From Emiliania huxleyi CCMP1516 (taxonomy: Eukaryota): a DNA stretch of 64,000 nucleotides. Under the pieces are notes generated by a model, which saw nothing but the letters and a program-made list of their open reading frames with translations, did no database searches and was not told the DNA's origin. The stretch's first letter is position 1; each line of letters starts with the position of its first letter. Location: NCBI RefSeq assembly GCF_000372725.1, contig NW_005201791.1, positions 1-64,000 on the forward strand, read 5' to 3'. Position numbers and translations under genes: made by a program. Shown here one piece after another: positions 23,901 through 34,939 of the stretch.

Positions 23901-24321
23901 CGAGCCCCCCCCCCCCCCCTGCCCCCCCCCTGTGTGTGTGCGTGGAGAACTTCACCTCACCTTGCCTTAGGTGCCGTATGCCGACCGGCCGCCGCTGCAG
24001 GCGGCCGTCTGCACGGGGCTGCAGGGCTTGCGGCCGCCGCTACCCGCCGCGACGCCGCCCTCGGTCCGCTCGCTCATCGAGCGCTGCTGGGCGGCGCCCG
24101 AGGCGCGGCCCTCGTTCGCCGAGCTGGTGGCGCTGACGGGCGATCTGGAGCCGGCGCTCTCGCAGGAGGAGCGCGCCTGGCTCGACGCGCCGGCGGGGCA
24201 CGCGGTGTCGTACGACGAGATGGCGCCGCCCAGGCCGGAGAACCAGCCGGGCGAGCGGCCGGCCGCTGCTTGCGGGGACGCTGGGGCGGCGTCGGAGGGC
24301 CCGCCGCCGCCGGCCGACTTG
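20910..24321 (+). CDS. NIT (nitrate/nitrite-sensing)-like domain fused to a TKL/Raf-like protein kinase
   Basis: N-terminal LTHALALERGTTTGWVAS..RRAVTD..LKETFAQIRG..WWGLVTAHIDSL; kinase motifs IGEGGAG, VAVK, LRHPNVV, IHRDLKSSN, DFGLS, TAETGTYRWMAPE, DVFSYA and CW..PEARPSF over six exons. Confidence 0.85.
21741..21944 (+). mobile_element. Intron derived from the retroelement 3' end
   Basis: tcacccacgcgc..gggccttgcacattgaatgcc..ccacctcgtgtgtgtggagaag matches the 6962-7100 element; gcgcaggtc is repeated at both junctions. Confidence 0.8.
23771..23970 (+). mobile_element. Intron derived from the retroelement 3' end
   Basis: Ends gtggagaacttcacctcaccttgccttag; aggtgccg is repeated at both junctions. 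Confidence 0.75.
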
Positions 24322-25149
24322 NNNNNNNNNNNNNNNNNNNNNNNNNNNNNNNNNNNNNNNNNNNNNNNNNNNNNNNNNNNNNNNNNNNNNNNNNNNNNNN
24401 NNNNNNNNNNNNNNNNNNNNNNNNNNNNNNNNNNNNNNNNNNNNNNNNNNNNNNNNNNNNNNNNNNNNNNCGCAGGGCAGTGGCACGGGCATTACACGGC
24501 GAGCGCCGCTTGGGGCAGCTTCCGAGGTGCCCAAAGAGCACGTAGGTTCAGGCCTATGATGCCACTCTCGCGGCTTGCAGCGCGTCACTCGCGCATGCTC
24601 TCCAGGAGCTATGGCGGGCGCGTGTGTGGGGCTGTAGCCTGTGTTTGGCCGGTTCTGACCCGTTTACTATCAGTATCATGTCCGGGCCACAAAAAATCGC
24701 ACACGGGTAGCGGCTCAGGGGCCCAGTAAGTCGCGGAATCGCCAAATGTCACAACCTGCGCCACCCAGGGCTGGACCTAGTCCTAAAATCTGAGGATTCA
24801 GGATTGAGGCATCGCTTCAGTGAGGCCAAAGTGAGTTTATGGATGTGTGAGAACGGTACGGGACACGAGGAAGCACGCGGACCGACTCGTCGGCGACTCT
24901 GCTGCACGCCGTTTCAGAATTTTTCTCAGCGTGAGCGAGACGTGGAAGAGTGCCACCGTCGGGTAGGACGGGTCGGCCCGGAGCATCAGAGTAGCCGTCG
25001 TGGTCGTGGCGAGCAGCGCCGGCCACTCCGGCGCCGCGTCGGCAACATGGGAGCATGTCCACCGCCACTTCGCGGTCGCAGCGCTGTTGTCGCCCAAAAC
25101 GCCGCTATGTACCTTTTCGGGCAAACTATCGAGCTGTATGTCGATTTCG

Positions 25150-25196
25150 ACTTGACGGCGGCATGGAGGCATGATGCCTCCATGCCGCCGTCAAGT
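25150..25196. repeat. Perfect palindrome with 23 bp arms and a 1 nt loop
   Basis: acttgacggcggcatggaggcat-g-atgcctccatgccgccgtcaagt. Confidence 0.95.
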
Positions 25197-25515
25197 TGGA
25201 GCCAGTCTGCGGCGACCACAGCGCTCAGAAAGGTACATAGCGAGCTTTTCAGAGTCACGCGATTGTGCGAAATCCCACACTGGTGAATTTTGGGGCGCTG
25301 TGCACCCCCTACTTTCGAGGGCGAGGAGGACGACCTACCTTCCCCGGTTCCCGGACCCTGGCAGTTTATTGGCCCAGGCCCCAATTTCATCGAATTTATT
25401 TCAAAATCTGCAGGCGCGGAGCGCCTGCGAAAATTTTGAAGAAATTTGCAGTCGGGCCTGATTTTCATCAAGATCTTTCAAATTTGCGGTGTGGAGTTGT
25501 TGGGGGGCCGGGGGT

Positions 25516-25703
25516 GGGTTAGGGTTATTAGGGTTAGGGTTAGGGTTAGGGTTAGGGTTAGGGTTAGGGAAGGGCTAGTCTTGTTGTGTCTGTATATGCT
25601 AGCGTTGCAGGGTTCTGCGCTGGGTTCTGGCCCCCAGCGCCGACGACTAAGACTCAGTCCCGCACGCTGACCTAGGGTTAGGGTTAGGGTTATAGGGTTA
25701 GGG
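25516..25703 (+). repeat. Interstitial telomeric (TTAGGG)n, two tracts
   Basis: Tracts at ~25516-25569 and ~25673-25703. Confidence 0.95.
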
Positions 25704-25784
25704 GGGGCAACCCTCGCGTCTCCACGTCTGACGACAGGAGCCCCACGGCATTCAAAGTGCAAGGCCCGTTGCGCGCGGGTGAGC

Positions 25785-25876
<92 letters not shown>

Positions 25877-26690
25877 ACGTCACTGCATCCTCTGCCGGTT
25901 CCTCCCGTCGCCTCTTCTTTGTTCGAATGTATTTCAATCCATCCTTCACGAAGCCCTCCCATGTAGCTAGCGTTCTTTGCGAATGTCTCGAAATGGCCAG
26001 CAGGCGCTGTCTGCTCGCGGTCTGTGCGGGCCGCTCGTCCTCCTCGCCCTTCTTTCGTCCTCCCATCCCTCCCCTCCACTATGGCCTTCTCGGCACTTCT
26101 TTCTCCATCCGCCTCGCCCTGCCTTTTCGTATCGTGCCGTTCGCCCTCCATTTGGTAACCTCCATGGCTGTCCGCCTCCTTTTGGGTGGCGCTCTCGATA
26201 CGGTTGCGTCAACCTCGACGTCGCTGTCGCCCTCCCCGTCCCCTCCGTCGTCCGTGCCTCGGTTCGCGTCATCGGTAGCGTCTCCGTTGTTCCCTCGTGC
26301 CCCGCCGTCGCCCTCTCTGCTCGGGCCGTTCGCGATCTCGCTCCTCCTGCGTGTCGCCCCTCCGGCTCCCCCCCTGCCTTCGTCGTCATCGTCGCTGTCG
26401 CGAAAGCCCTCCGGCCCCTCGATTCCCTCGCCTATCCCCTCCGCTGCGTCGTCCCAGTTTATATCCTCACTAGCAGGTTGGCTCGCTAGTCGCTCGCCGG
26501 CCCGCGCAGCACGCGCGGGCCTTTTTTGTGGTCGGATGTTGGTCGTCTCGAATTTGATCGTGGGCAGGGCGTGAGAAAGCTGGACAGCTCGGTCGATGCG
26601 AGCCACTTGGCCTGTCCGAGGGTTTCCGGCAACCCAGAGGGAAACCAGAGGGTCCCCAGCACTTTGCGTTTCCGGAAGTTTCCAGGGAAA
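25703..26690 (-). mobile_element. Retroelement 3' region fused to telomeric repeats
   Basis: 25703-25990 is nearly identical to 7014-7276. The extension to the gap (including a 175 aa acidic ORF at 26079-26606) is assumed, not shown. Confidence 0.7.
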
Positions 26691-27452
26691 NNNNNNNNNN
26701 NNNNNNNNNNNNNNNNNNNNNNNNNNNNNNNNNNNNNNNNNNNNNNNNNNNNNNNNNNNNNNNNNNNNNNNNNNNNNNNNNNNNNNNNNNCCCTCTCCCT
26801 CTCCCTCTCCCTCTCCCTCTCCCTCTCCCTCTCCCGCTCCCTCTCCCTCTCCCTACAGGACAGGCTGGCATGCCTAGTCCAGGACGTGTCCGAGACATGT
26901 CCCATCTAGGCGCCCTACAAGAAAGCCGCCGTGAGGGCGGGCCGGAGTTGTGCGCGGGTCCGGAATACGCCGCGGATGCGCCCGAGTGGCGCGGGAGGGG
27001 AGCCGCGCCCCCCCCCGAGTGTTTCGTCTTTGTGTGGTCGCTGGAGTGATCTGAGGTTGTACGGACTTTGAAAGACCGATGGGAGCGGCGTGTGGATTTG
27101 AGGTTGTACGGACACACTGGCATGACGCGTGATTGTGATGAACTCCCCTCCCTCCACCCGCGACCCGGCAGCACACCCTGCACGCTCCCATCGGATGGGT
27201 TCCACCCCGCTGATCAGACAGGGCGCGGGGCGAGCCACATCATCACCGGCTCGCGGCAATAAGGACACTCTCGCATCAGCTCGGAGCATGGACCGCAAAC
27301 GCACAAGTGGCTGCACGGCACCGCGAGGTGAGACTTCGGCCGCTCGAAGCATATGATGCACGACGTCTCTCCCCCCATCTGATCGATGTTTTTCCGTTCA
27401 ATACGTCTTTTTACGAAGGGTATAAACCAAAGCGACTCAGCGCTGAGGCGTC

Positions 27453-27642
27453 CTAGAAGCGGGCGCCATCTGCAAGAGAAAATTTTGTTTCATCTGGTTC
27501 CAAATGCGTCGAGTTTTCAATTACATTTTGCGATCTGTGATCTGTAAAGAGTAAACATACTACCGGTACTACTGTTAACGAGATACTGAGGTCGGCCTTG
27601 GACCACTTTTTTCGATATTGGTGTATCTTTTCAGCACACCAG
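27453..27642 (+). mobile_element. Intergenic MITE-like relative of the introner family
   Basis: Starts CTAGAAGCGG and ends gatattggtgtatcttttcagcacaccag, versus introner end gatgttggtgtattcagcacgtag. Confidence 0.6.
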
Positions 27643-27707
27643 CTGACACCAGCAGCGCTTCGAGGACTGAGCAGTGACCGGAGTGACAACAGTGAGAGAC
27701 TCAAAGC

Positions 27708-28886
27708 TCAGTGCGCACGCGCGGCCACCTCCACCCACTTGGGCTCCGCGCCGCGCTCGACGACGAGCGCGTGCTCTGCGAGGTTTACAGTCGGACAGAC
27801 GTGGCGCGGGATGAGGAGCAGCGGCGTGCCGCGCGGCGGTGGCGGCTCGCTGCTCGCCATTGGCAGGTGCTCCTCGCTGGGACCCAGCGCCTCGAGCTGC
27901 GGCACCTCCAACACGCGCGCGACTGGGCTGCCGGCCTCGCAAGCGAGTGCCTTGGAGCCCGCGTCGAGCGTGACGACGCACGGCTGCCCCGGCGCGCTCC
28001 ACGGGCGAGGGTGCGATACCACGCGCGATAGCACGAGCGCCGCGGGCAGGAGGCCCAGCGCCTCGCCGCCCTCCATCTCCTCCGACATGCTGTCGTGGAA
28101 GACGACCGTGCCCGGTGAGATGCGATGCGTCGGCGCCTCGTTGACTTTCTCGCCGTAGTAGCGCAGCGCCTCGAGGCAGGTGGGGGTGCCCGACGTGATC
28201 ACCTCTTCCACGGCGATCCCGCGAGACCTCAGCGTGCCCACCAGCACGTCAAGGGAACCATAGACCTTGTCGGCCTCCGAGCGGCGCTTCTCGGCAGACT
28301 CGTCTGAGAGGTGGCCTTCATAGTAGTGCAGCCCACGGAAGCGAGCTCCAGCAGCCGTCGCGATGGCGGCAATGTCGTCGGTCGCCTCGAAGGGTACACC
28401 GGTGCGATCATAGCCGGGGTTGATGTCGATGAAGATGTCAAGAGAGCCGGGCAGGCGCGGCGCGGCAGCGGCGTCCTCGCAGAGCACCCCGAGCCGCACC
28501 TCCGGAAACTCATCGGCGAGGTCAGCGAGCTGCTTCAGGCTGGGGCCGATGAGCGGGTACGCCAGCAGCACGTCGCCGTCCGTTATGGCGCGCCCTCGCA
28601 GGACACCGCACATGAGGCGCGCCTCCCTCACAGTGGCGCACTTGAAGTGGCGAACCCCGGAGGCGACACACGCTTCGTAGACGGGCGCCATCTTGGTGGT
28701 CTTGAGGTGCGGGCGCCAGCGTGCGGCGTCACCACCGCAGTGTGCGAGCATCGTGGCGAGGTTGTGCTTCACCTGGTCCATAAACACCACGAGCTGAGGC
28801 GAGGGTATCTCGGCGCGGAGCGAGGCGGGTAGCAGCTCCTCGTACGTGCCGCGATCCAGCGCCCCGAAGGGCTCGGCTGACTGCAT
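27708..28886 (-). CDS. Fold-type III PLP enzyme of the D-serine dehydratase/D-threonine aldolase (D-TA) family
   Basis: WRPHLKTTK, FKCATVREA, DINPGYDRTGV, GLHYYEGH, GTPT, LDAGSKA, SEEH and PRHVCPTVNL; intronless. Confidence 0.93.
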   Translation of the reverse strand: MQSAEPFGALDRGTYEELLPASLRAEIPSPQLVVFMDQVKHNLATMLAHCGGDAARWRPHLKTTKMAPVYEACVASGVRHFKCATVREARLMCGVLRGRAITDGDVLLAYPLIGPSLKQLADLADEFPEVRLGVLCEDAAAAPRLPGSLDIFIDINPGYDRTGVPFEATDDIAAIATAAGARFRGLHYYEGHLSDESAEKRRSEADKVYGSLDVLVGTLRSRGIAVEEVITSGTPTCLEALRYYGEKVNEAPTHRISPGTVVFHDSMSEEMEGGEALGLLPAALVLSRVVSHPRPWSAPGQPCVVTLDAGSKALACEAGSPVARVLEVPQLEALGPSEEHLPMASSEPPPPRGTPLLLIPRHVCPTVNLAEHALVVERGAEPKWVEVAARAH

Positions 28887-29071
28887 CGCCACCCGTACCC
28901 CCAAGGCATGTGGCGAGTACAGACACGCCTGCTATTCACAGCACAACGTCTCACTTGGCGGCTTCGGGCAGTGAAAAGCATCCCTTTTCCGGACGGACCC
29001 CCTGGTGTGAAAACGTGAGGCGTGGTCAACAACTCAGCGCTGAGGCGGCACCCGGAGCAGCACACGCTCAC

Positions 29072-29455
29072 CTAGAATCCCTTTCTGGCCCTCTGCGCTC
29101 GCAGCGACTCGTTGCGCCGAGGCGGCTCGCTGCCCTGCGGGCCGCGATTGAGCAAGCGCCGCCGAGTGCCAAAAATCGTGCCGCGGCAGCTGGGGCAATC
29201 CGTGGCGATGTCGCATTGCCCTTGGCGCGTGACGTAGTCCGCCTGCCGCGGCTTGGTCTGAGCGAGGAGGCACGTGTAGTGGAAGATGTTGCGGCAGCAC
29301 ACGCTGTAGCCCCAGCCGTCGTCCGCCGTGTGGTCGCAAAAGAGAGCCCTCGTCAGCAAGCGCTCGTCGTCGACGTCGCTGCCCTCCAAGCAGATCGAGC
29401 AGCGCGCGCCCGCCTCTAGCCACGGCGCGAGCTGCGGCGGCGGTGGCGGCGGTGG
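29072..29455 (-). CDS. RING-finger-like protein, C-terminal fragment (5' part in the gap)
   Basis: CSIC...CRNIFHYTC...CPSCR. Confidence 0.65.
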   Translation of the reverse strand, partial: PPPPPPPQLAPWLEAGARCSICLEGSDVDDERLLTRALFCDHTADDGWGYSVCCRNIFHYTCLLAQTKPRQADYVTRQGQCDIATDCPSCRGTIFGTRRRLLNRGPQGSEPPRRNESLRAQRARKGF

Positions 29456-29676
29456 NNNNNNNNNNNNNNNNNNNNNNNNNNNNNNNNNNNNNNNNNNNNN
29501 NNNNNNNNNNNNNNNNNNNNNNNNNNNNNNNNNNNNNNNNNNNNNNNNNNNNNNNGCTCTCGCTCGTGCCAGAGCCGGCCTCGACACCGAGGGTTGGAGG
29601 AAAGGGCGATCTTGACCCCCGGACTCAGCGATGGCATATCGAAATCTCTCCGTCTTTCTACAGATTGAGAGGAGTG

Positions 29677-31414
29677 ATGATAACCGACGAAGAGCTCAAG
29701 CTGGCCGACTTTGGCTCTTGCCGCGGCATCTACTCGAAGCAGCCCTACACTGAGTACATCTCGACGCGATGGTACCGCGCGCCCGAGTGCCTCCTCACAG
29801 ACGGCTTCTACTCCTACAAGATGGACATGTGGGGGATCGGCTGCGTCTTTTTTGAGGTGCTCTTGCACGTACGCAATACAGACTGCACTCACCCGCGCGC
29901 CGGATGCGGAGTGGGGAGTAGCCCAGCCCTCGCCACACTCGTGGAGACTCGCATACCCGCACACCGTAGGTGCTCTCGCTCTCGCCGCTCTTTCCCGGCA
30001 CAAACGAGCTCGACCAGGTCGCCAAGATCCACAAGATCCTGGGCACGCCGGGGCGAGCGACCTTCGAGAAGCTGAAGAAGCACTCCAATACCCACATCGA
30101 TTTCAACTTCCCGCACAAGGCCCACCCACCGTCACGCCCGCTCGGATGCCCCCCTTCCATTCCACTCCCCAAACCTCGCGCTCGCGCCACCGCCCCGCCG
30201 AGCACCTCCCCCTAGGACGCCCTGCCTGGGCCTCCCGCGCAGGACCCCACGCCGCTGCAGTCGCTCGTGCCCCACGCCCCCGCCGTCGGTGTCGACCTGA
30301 TCTCAAAGCTGCTTGCCTATGACCCCGACGAGCGGATCTCCGCGAGGCAAGCCGTCAAGCACCCGTACTTGCGCGAGCTGCACCTGCGCAGCGACGCGGT
30401 CGTGCAGCCAAACACCAAGCGGACCGAGGTGCCGCAGCACCAGCTGCCGACGGCACCGGGCGGCGGCGCGCCTGGCGAGGGTGGGGACGCGCAACTGCCG
30501 ACGCAACCGGCAAAGCATCGGAGGTCAACCAAGGAGTCTCGCTCCGCCGTGGCCGCGCCCTCCGAGCGCGCACCGGCAGCGGCGGTGGGTCGGACCGACC
30601 CCGCGCTGAGTGCCAGCGGCGGCGAAACCTCCCTCCCTGGCATCATGCGCGTGGCAGCAGCCGGCGGTAGCACAGGGTGCACTGGGACGGGCGGGCGGAG
30701 TGAGCCGGGCAACGCCAGCCCCCGCAGCAGCGGGCTCCTCAGCAGCAGCGGGATAGGCAGCTACGGCGCGTCGAGCAGCTGCGGGGTGACCGGCGTCTAT
30801 GGCGCCGCGGGAAGCTGCGGTGGGTCGGGACGCACAGGACTTCTCGACAAGGACGCCCGCCGATGGAGGTGGTGCGCACATTCCTCACAGTCGTGAGGTC
30901 TCGCAGTAGGGGCCGACCCGTGCCAGTCGAGCTCGTTGCCTCAGGCCTCGAGCAGGCGCCATTCCACTCCCGCGCATCCCCTCGCAGCCTCATCGTACTG
31001 CCTGACAGCTTTGACACCCCGTGCCTGACACCAGCAGCCCCCGTGCCCGACAGTTTTGACACCAGCAGCCTGCCGAGCATGCGCAACACGGTTGCGGTTG
31101 AGGCAGCGTACGAGGGGGGCAGCAACCTCCCCTTGATCGTGTCGGGCGCCGGCGGCGTGGCTGGCCGCGCCGGGCTCAAGATCGATGCCAAAACTTTGCA
31201 CGGGCAAGGGGCTGGCTCACAGACCGGGCGGGCCTCGATGAAGGCGGGTCCGTACAGGAGGGCGGGGGCGGGCGCTCGGAAGGGAGCCAGCCACAGAGCA
31301 GCCGCGGGTCGGTTGGGCCACCAGGTGGCATGCGCTTGGCGGGCAGCAGCCGCCCGACCGTGCCTGAGGATAGTGCTTTGGACCGTAGGAGGCGCTGGAG
31401 CTCGCCGTCGGTGA
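29677..31414 (+). CDS. MOK: MOK/RAGE-like CMGC kinase; C-lobe and tail only, 3' end uncertain
   Basis: LKLADFGSCRGIYSKQPYTEYISTRWYRAPECLLTDG.Y..KMDMW, PLFPGTNELDQV.KIH.ILGTP and LLAYDPDERISARQA..HPY. Confidence 0.85.
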
Positions 31415-32079
31415 CCACTCCACAACCTACCCTGCGCCGCGCGCTCATCATGGCTTGGGCGGGGGCGCAGAGGGCGGACTGGCGCCCACGCCCGCGCCGC
31501 CGGTGTGTGTCCAAAGATGTAGCGCTACAAGTTTTGGGGGACGCATCCGACACACGGGCAGGTTTTCGCGCTTCTATGCTGGCCAACGGTGATGATTACT
31601 CGCAGGCTGCGATCAGTCAGTCGAGACGGACAAAGAACTCGTAGGACGTAGCCCGTCGGTGTGTGTGTGACGACGTCGATCGAGCGGGGCGTGCGACCGT
31701 GCATTCGCGCGGTCTCTCGCCCTGTCGTGTGCGGGCCGATCTCGTCGTCGACTCTCGACTCTCGTGTGTGTGTGTCTGGTGTGTGTCTGGTGTGTGTCTG
31801 GTGTGTGTCTGGTGTGACGGCTTTATGTGCGTGTGTGTCTCAGGTGTCGGGTGTGCCATGACGCATGAGCATGTAAAGTTATGGGCGGGGACCCGCGGCA
31901 TACCCATTGTAGAGCCGAGAGGTGTCTCCTTTCCATTTATTTTAAACCAAAACACACACAACTGTTCGACACAACTGTGACACCACAGACACAAGCTCAC
32001 ACACGTGGTCTCAGCGGGACGATCTTTCCGCAGGCGCGGGAAAATATAACCCCCTTGTGTGGCCCGTCCGAGCCCTCCG

Positions 32080-34229
32080 TCACGCGCGGGAAGGCAGCAC
32101 GCGCGAGGCCCGGCCGCCTCGTCCTCCCCCGCCGCGGCCTCCGAGCCCCCGGCCCGAGCCCCTGCGGCTGCCGCCCGCCCGGCCGCCCCTGCCGCCGCCG
32201 CCGGCCGCCTCGCGGCTCGAGTCGCCCACAAGCCGCGACGGAGGGGGCCCGGGACCGACTTTGTATGTCCGAAAGGTGCCCAAGTCTCGCTCGCGCGGTC
32301 TCCTCGCTGCGATCAGCGCCTCGCACTCGTCCCTGCCTGGCTTGCCACCTGGCCACCCCCCCTTTCGCCGGGCCGGGTACGGGCGCGCGCCGGGCCGCGA
32401 CGCCATGTCCGGCGCGTACCGCATCTTGCGGCCGTACTCGGTGAGCAGGCGGTGCATGTAGCAGCGATGCGCCGCTTCACAGAGGTGCGTGTGCACGAGC
32501 GACGAGGCCGCCTCGGCGACCTTTCGGCTCCGCTCGTCCGCGGCGTCCGCCGCCGCGAGCACCTCGGACAGGTTGGTGCTCACCTTGAGCTGCCGGGGAA
32601 GAGGTGCCGGGAAAAAGTTCCGGGGAAGAAGTTCCGGGGAAGAAAGTGNNNNNNNNNNNNNNNNNNNNNNNNNNNNNNNNNNNNNNNNNNNNNNNNNNNN
32701 NNNNNNNNNNNNNNNNNNNNNNNNNNNNNNNNNNNNNNNNNNNNNNNNNNNNNNNNNNNNNNNNNNNNNNNNNNNNNNNNNNNNNNNNNNNNNNNNNNNN
32801 NNNNNNNNNNNNNNNNNNNNNNNNNNNNNNNNNNNNNNNNNNNNNNNNNNNNNNNNNNNNNNNNNNNNNNNNNNNNNNNNNNNNNNNNNNNNNNNNNNNN
32901 NNNNNNNNNNNNNNNNNNNNNNNNNNNNNNNNNNNNNNNNNNNNNNNNNNNNNNNNNNNNNNNNNNNNNNNNNNNNNNNNNNNNNNNNNNNNNNNNNNNN
33001 NNNNNNNNNNNNNNNNNNNNNNNNNNNNNNNGCCGGGGCCGGGGGTGTCGCTCCTGTGGGGACGATCGGTCGACCCGCACGCCAAACGGGACGTAGTGGA
33101 CGTATGGCTCGAGGAGGTGGTAGTAGAACCTGCGTGCGGGGCGACGCCGAGGGGGCAGAGCGCGGGTCACGACGCGCACCCCGCGGCGCCCGGCATCGGC
33201 CGACGTCTTCGGCAAAGCGCGCTGCGGGGCGGGGTGGCGTGGCATGCCGCCAGCGGTACGGCGTGTTCAAGCCGGCAGGGCGGCCGCCCAGTGGACGCAG
33301 GGGGGTGACCTCGCGTCCTCTCTCCTCTCGGCCAAGCTCGGACGGGGTGGCCGAGCGACAGAGCCTCGGGAGGCACGAGCGGCGTGCGGAAGAATAGGGG
33401 GAGGGGAGCTCCAGTAGGGGAATCTGGCAGCGTGCGTGGGTGAGTTCGGCATCTAGTTTGGCGGGCTCGACGGCGGCGGCGTTGCCCGAAGTCACCCCGT
33501 TGAGAGACTCCTTGACGACGAGCGAGTTGGTCGCGAGCACCTCGAGACGGGACGGGACACGTCGGGGACACGTCAGCGACATGTCGGGCACACGCCGTCG
33601 GCGACACGTCGGGGACACGTCGGGGACACGTGCTGGGCGCGTACGCTCGGTCACTGAGAAGGCAGACATGTGTGTCGCTGGCCTGTCGTGTCTGTGGGAG
33701 AGGCGTGAGTGACGGACGCGAGGGTCGGTCAGCTCCTAGCTAGCTAGCGATCTGCCTGCGTCGGAGCTCACTAGCTAGAGCTCTCACGCATGGAGGCCGG
33801 CATCGCAGTCGCCCCTCCCGCGGCCCAGTGCTGCCTGCTGACTGTCGTCGCCGTCTGTCTGTCCGCGACTGCCTGTGCATGCGCGAGACTGGGCCCGGGG
33901 TTGTGGCGTTTGCGTGGGCAACGACCTTGAGCAGCCGGTGGGCGTACGAGTGGCCGTCGAGCGAGACGAGGTACTTTCGGGAGAGGTGGTCCGCGGGCGT
34001 CGCCTCCTTAAGCAGAGGCAGCGGAGCCTGGGGCGGCGGCGGGGGGGGGGAGGGGGGGCGGTGGCGGCGAGGGCAGCTGGGGGGGGGGGGGGGGTAACCC
34101 CCAAGGCGGCGGGGGCAATGGAACCTGGGGCAGGGCGGAGGCGGCGAAGTCGGCGGGGAGGGCGGAGGCGGGGAAGGAGGAGGCGGGGGACGGCGGGGGC
34201 GGAGGCGGTGATGGTGGTGGTGAAGGCGA

Positions 34230-34262
<33 letters not shown>

Positions 34263-34761
34263 CCGGCTGTGCGCTACTGTGGCGGGGGCGGGGAGGCGCG
34301 CCGGCGAGGCTGATCCGTTCGGGTTGAGGCTGGACCGCGTCTTCATGAACGGGTCGTGCTCCTACGTGCTGCGTACGCCAACCTCGGGGCGGGAGATCTG
34401 GGGAGATCTGGGGAGATATGGGCGGCCTACGTGAGCAACAGCACACCAGCCTCGGGGCGGGAGTACGGTGTCGTGCGGAGTATATGGCCATGCATACGGC
34501 GGTGTGCAGAGTATTAGTGGTGCATATACCAACGTCGGGGCGGCCTACGTGCTGAATACGCCAACCTCGGGGCGAGGAGACGGTGTTGTGCAGAGGGTTC
34601 AGAGCACCGCGTGAATACGAGGGGCTACGTGGTGTGCTTCTGGGGGCGTGGTCCTTCATATACCACACGAGGCCGATGTCGTACTGGGCGCGCTGCGCGG
34701 CGCTCCCCTCAACCGCGAGCCGGCTCAGCGCATACCTTCCCGCAGAGAGAGAGAGAGAGGT

Positions 34762-34793
<32 letters not shown>

Positions 34794-34869
34794 GGGAGAG
34801 AGAGAGAGAGGTGAGAGAGAGAGAGAGAGGTGAGAGGGAGGGAGGGAGGGAGGGAGGGAGGGAGGGAGG

Positions 34870-34939
<70 letters not shown>

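Noticed and set aside
27435..29047. actcagcgctgaggcg on both sides of the D-TA gene as a possible TSD
   Set aside because: Short palindromic motif with no element termini; insufficient evidence.
29072..29860. RING fragment and headless MOK kinase diverging from a 100-N gap
   Set aside because: Both 5' ends are probably inside an under-sized gap; an assembly issue rather than biology.
34745..34936. (GA)n, (GT)n and (CT)n tracts here and at ~18845, 50959 and 51420
   Set aside because: Ordinary microsatellites.
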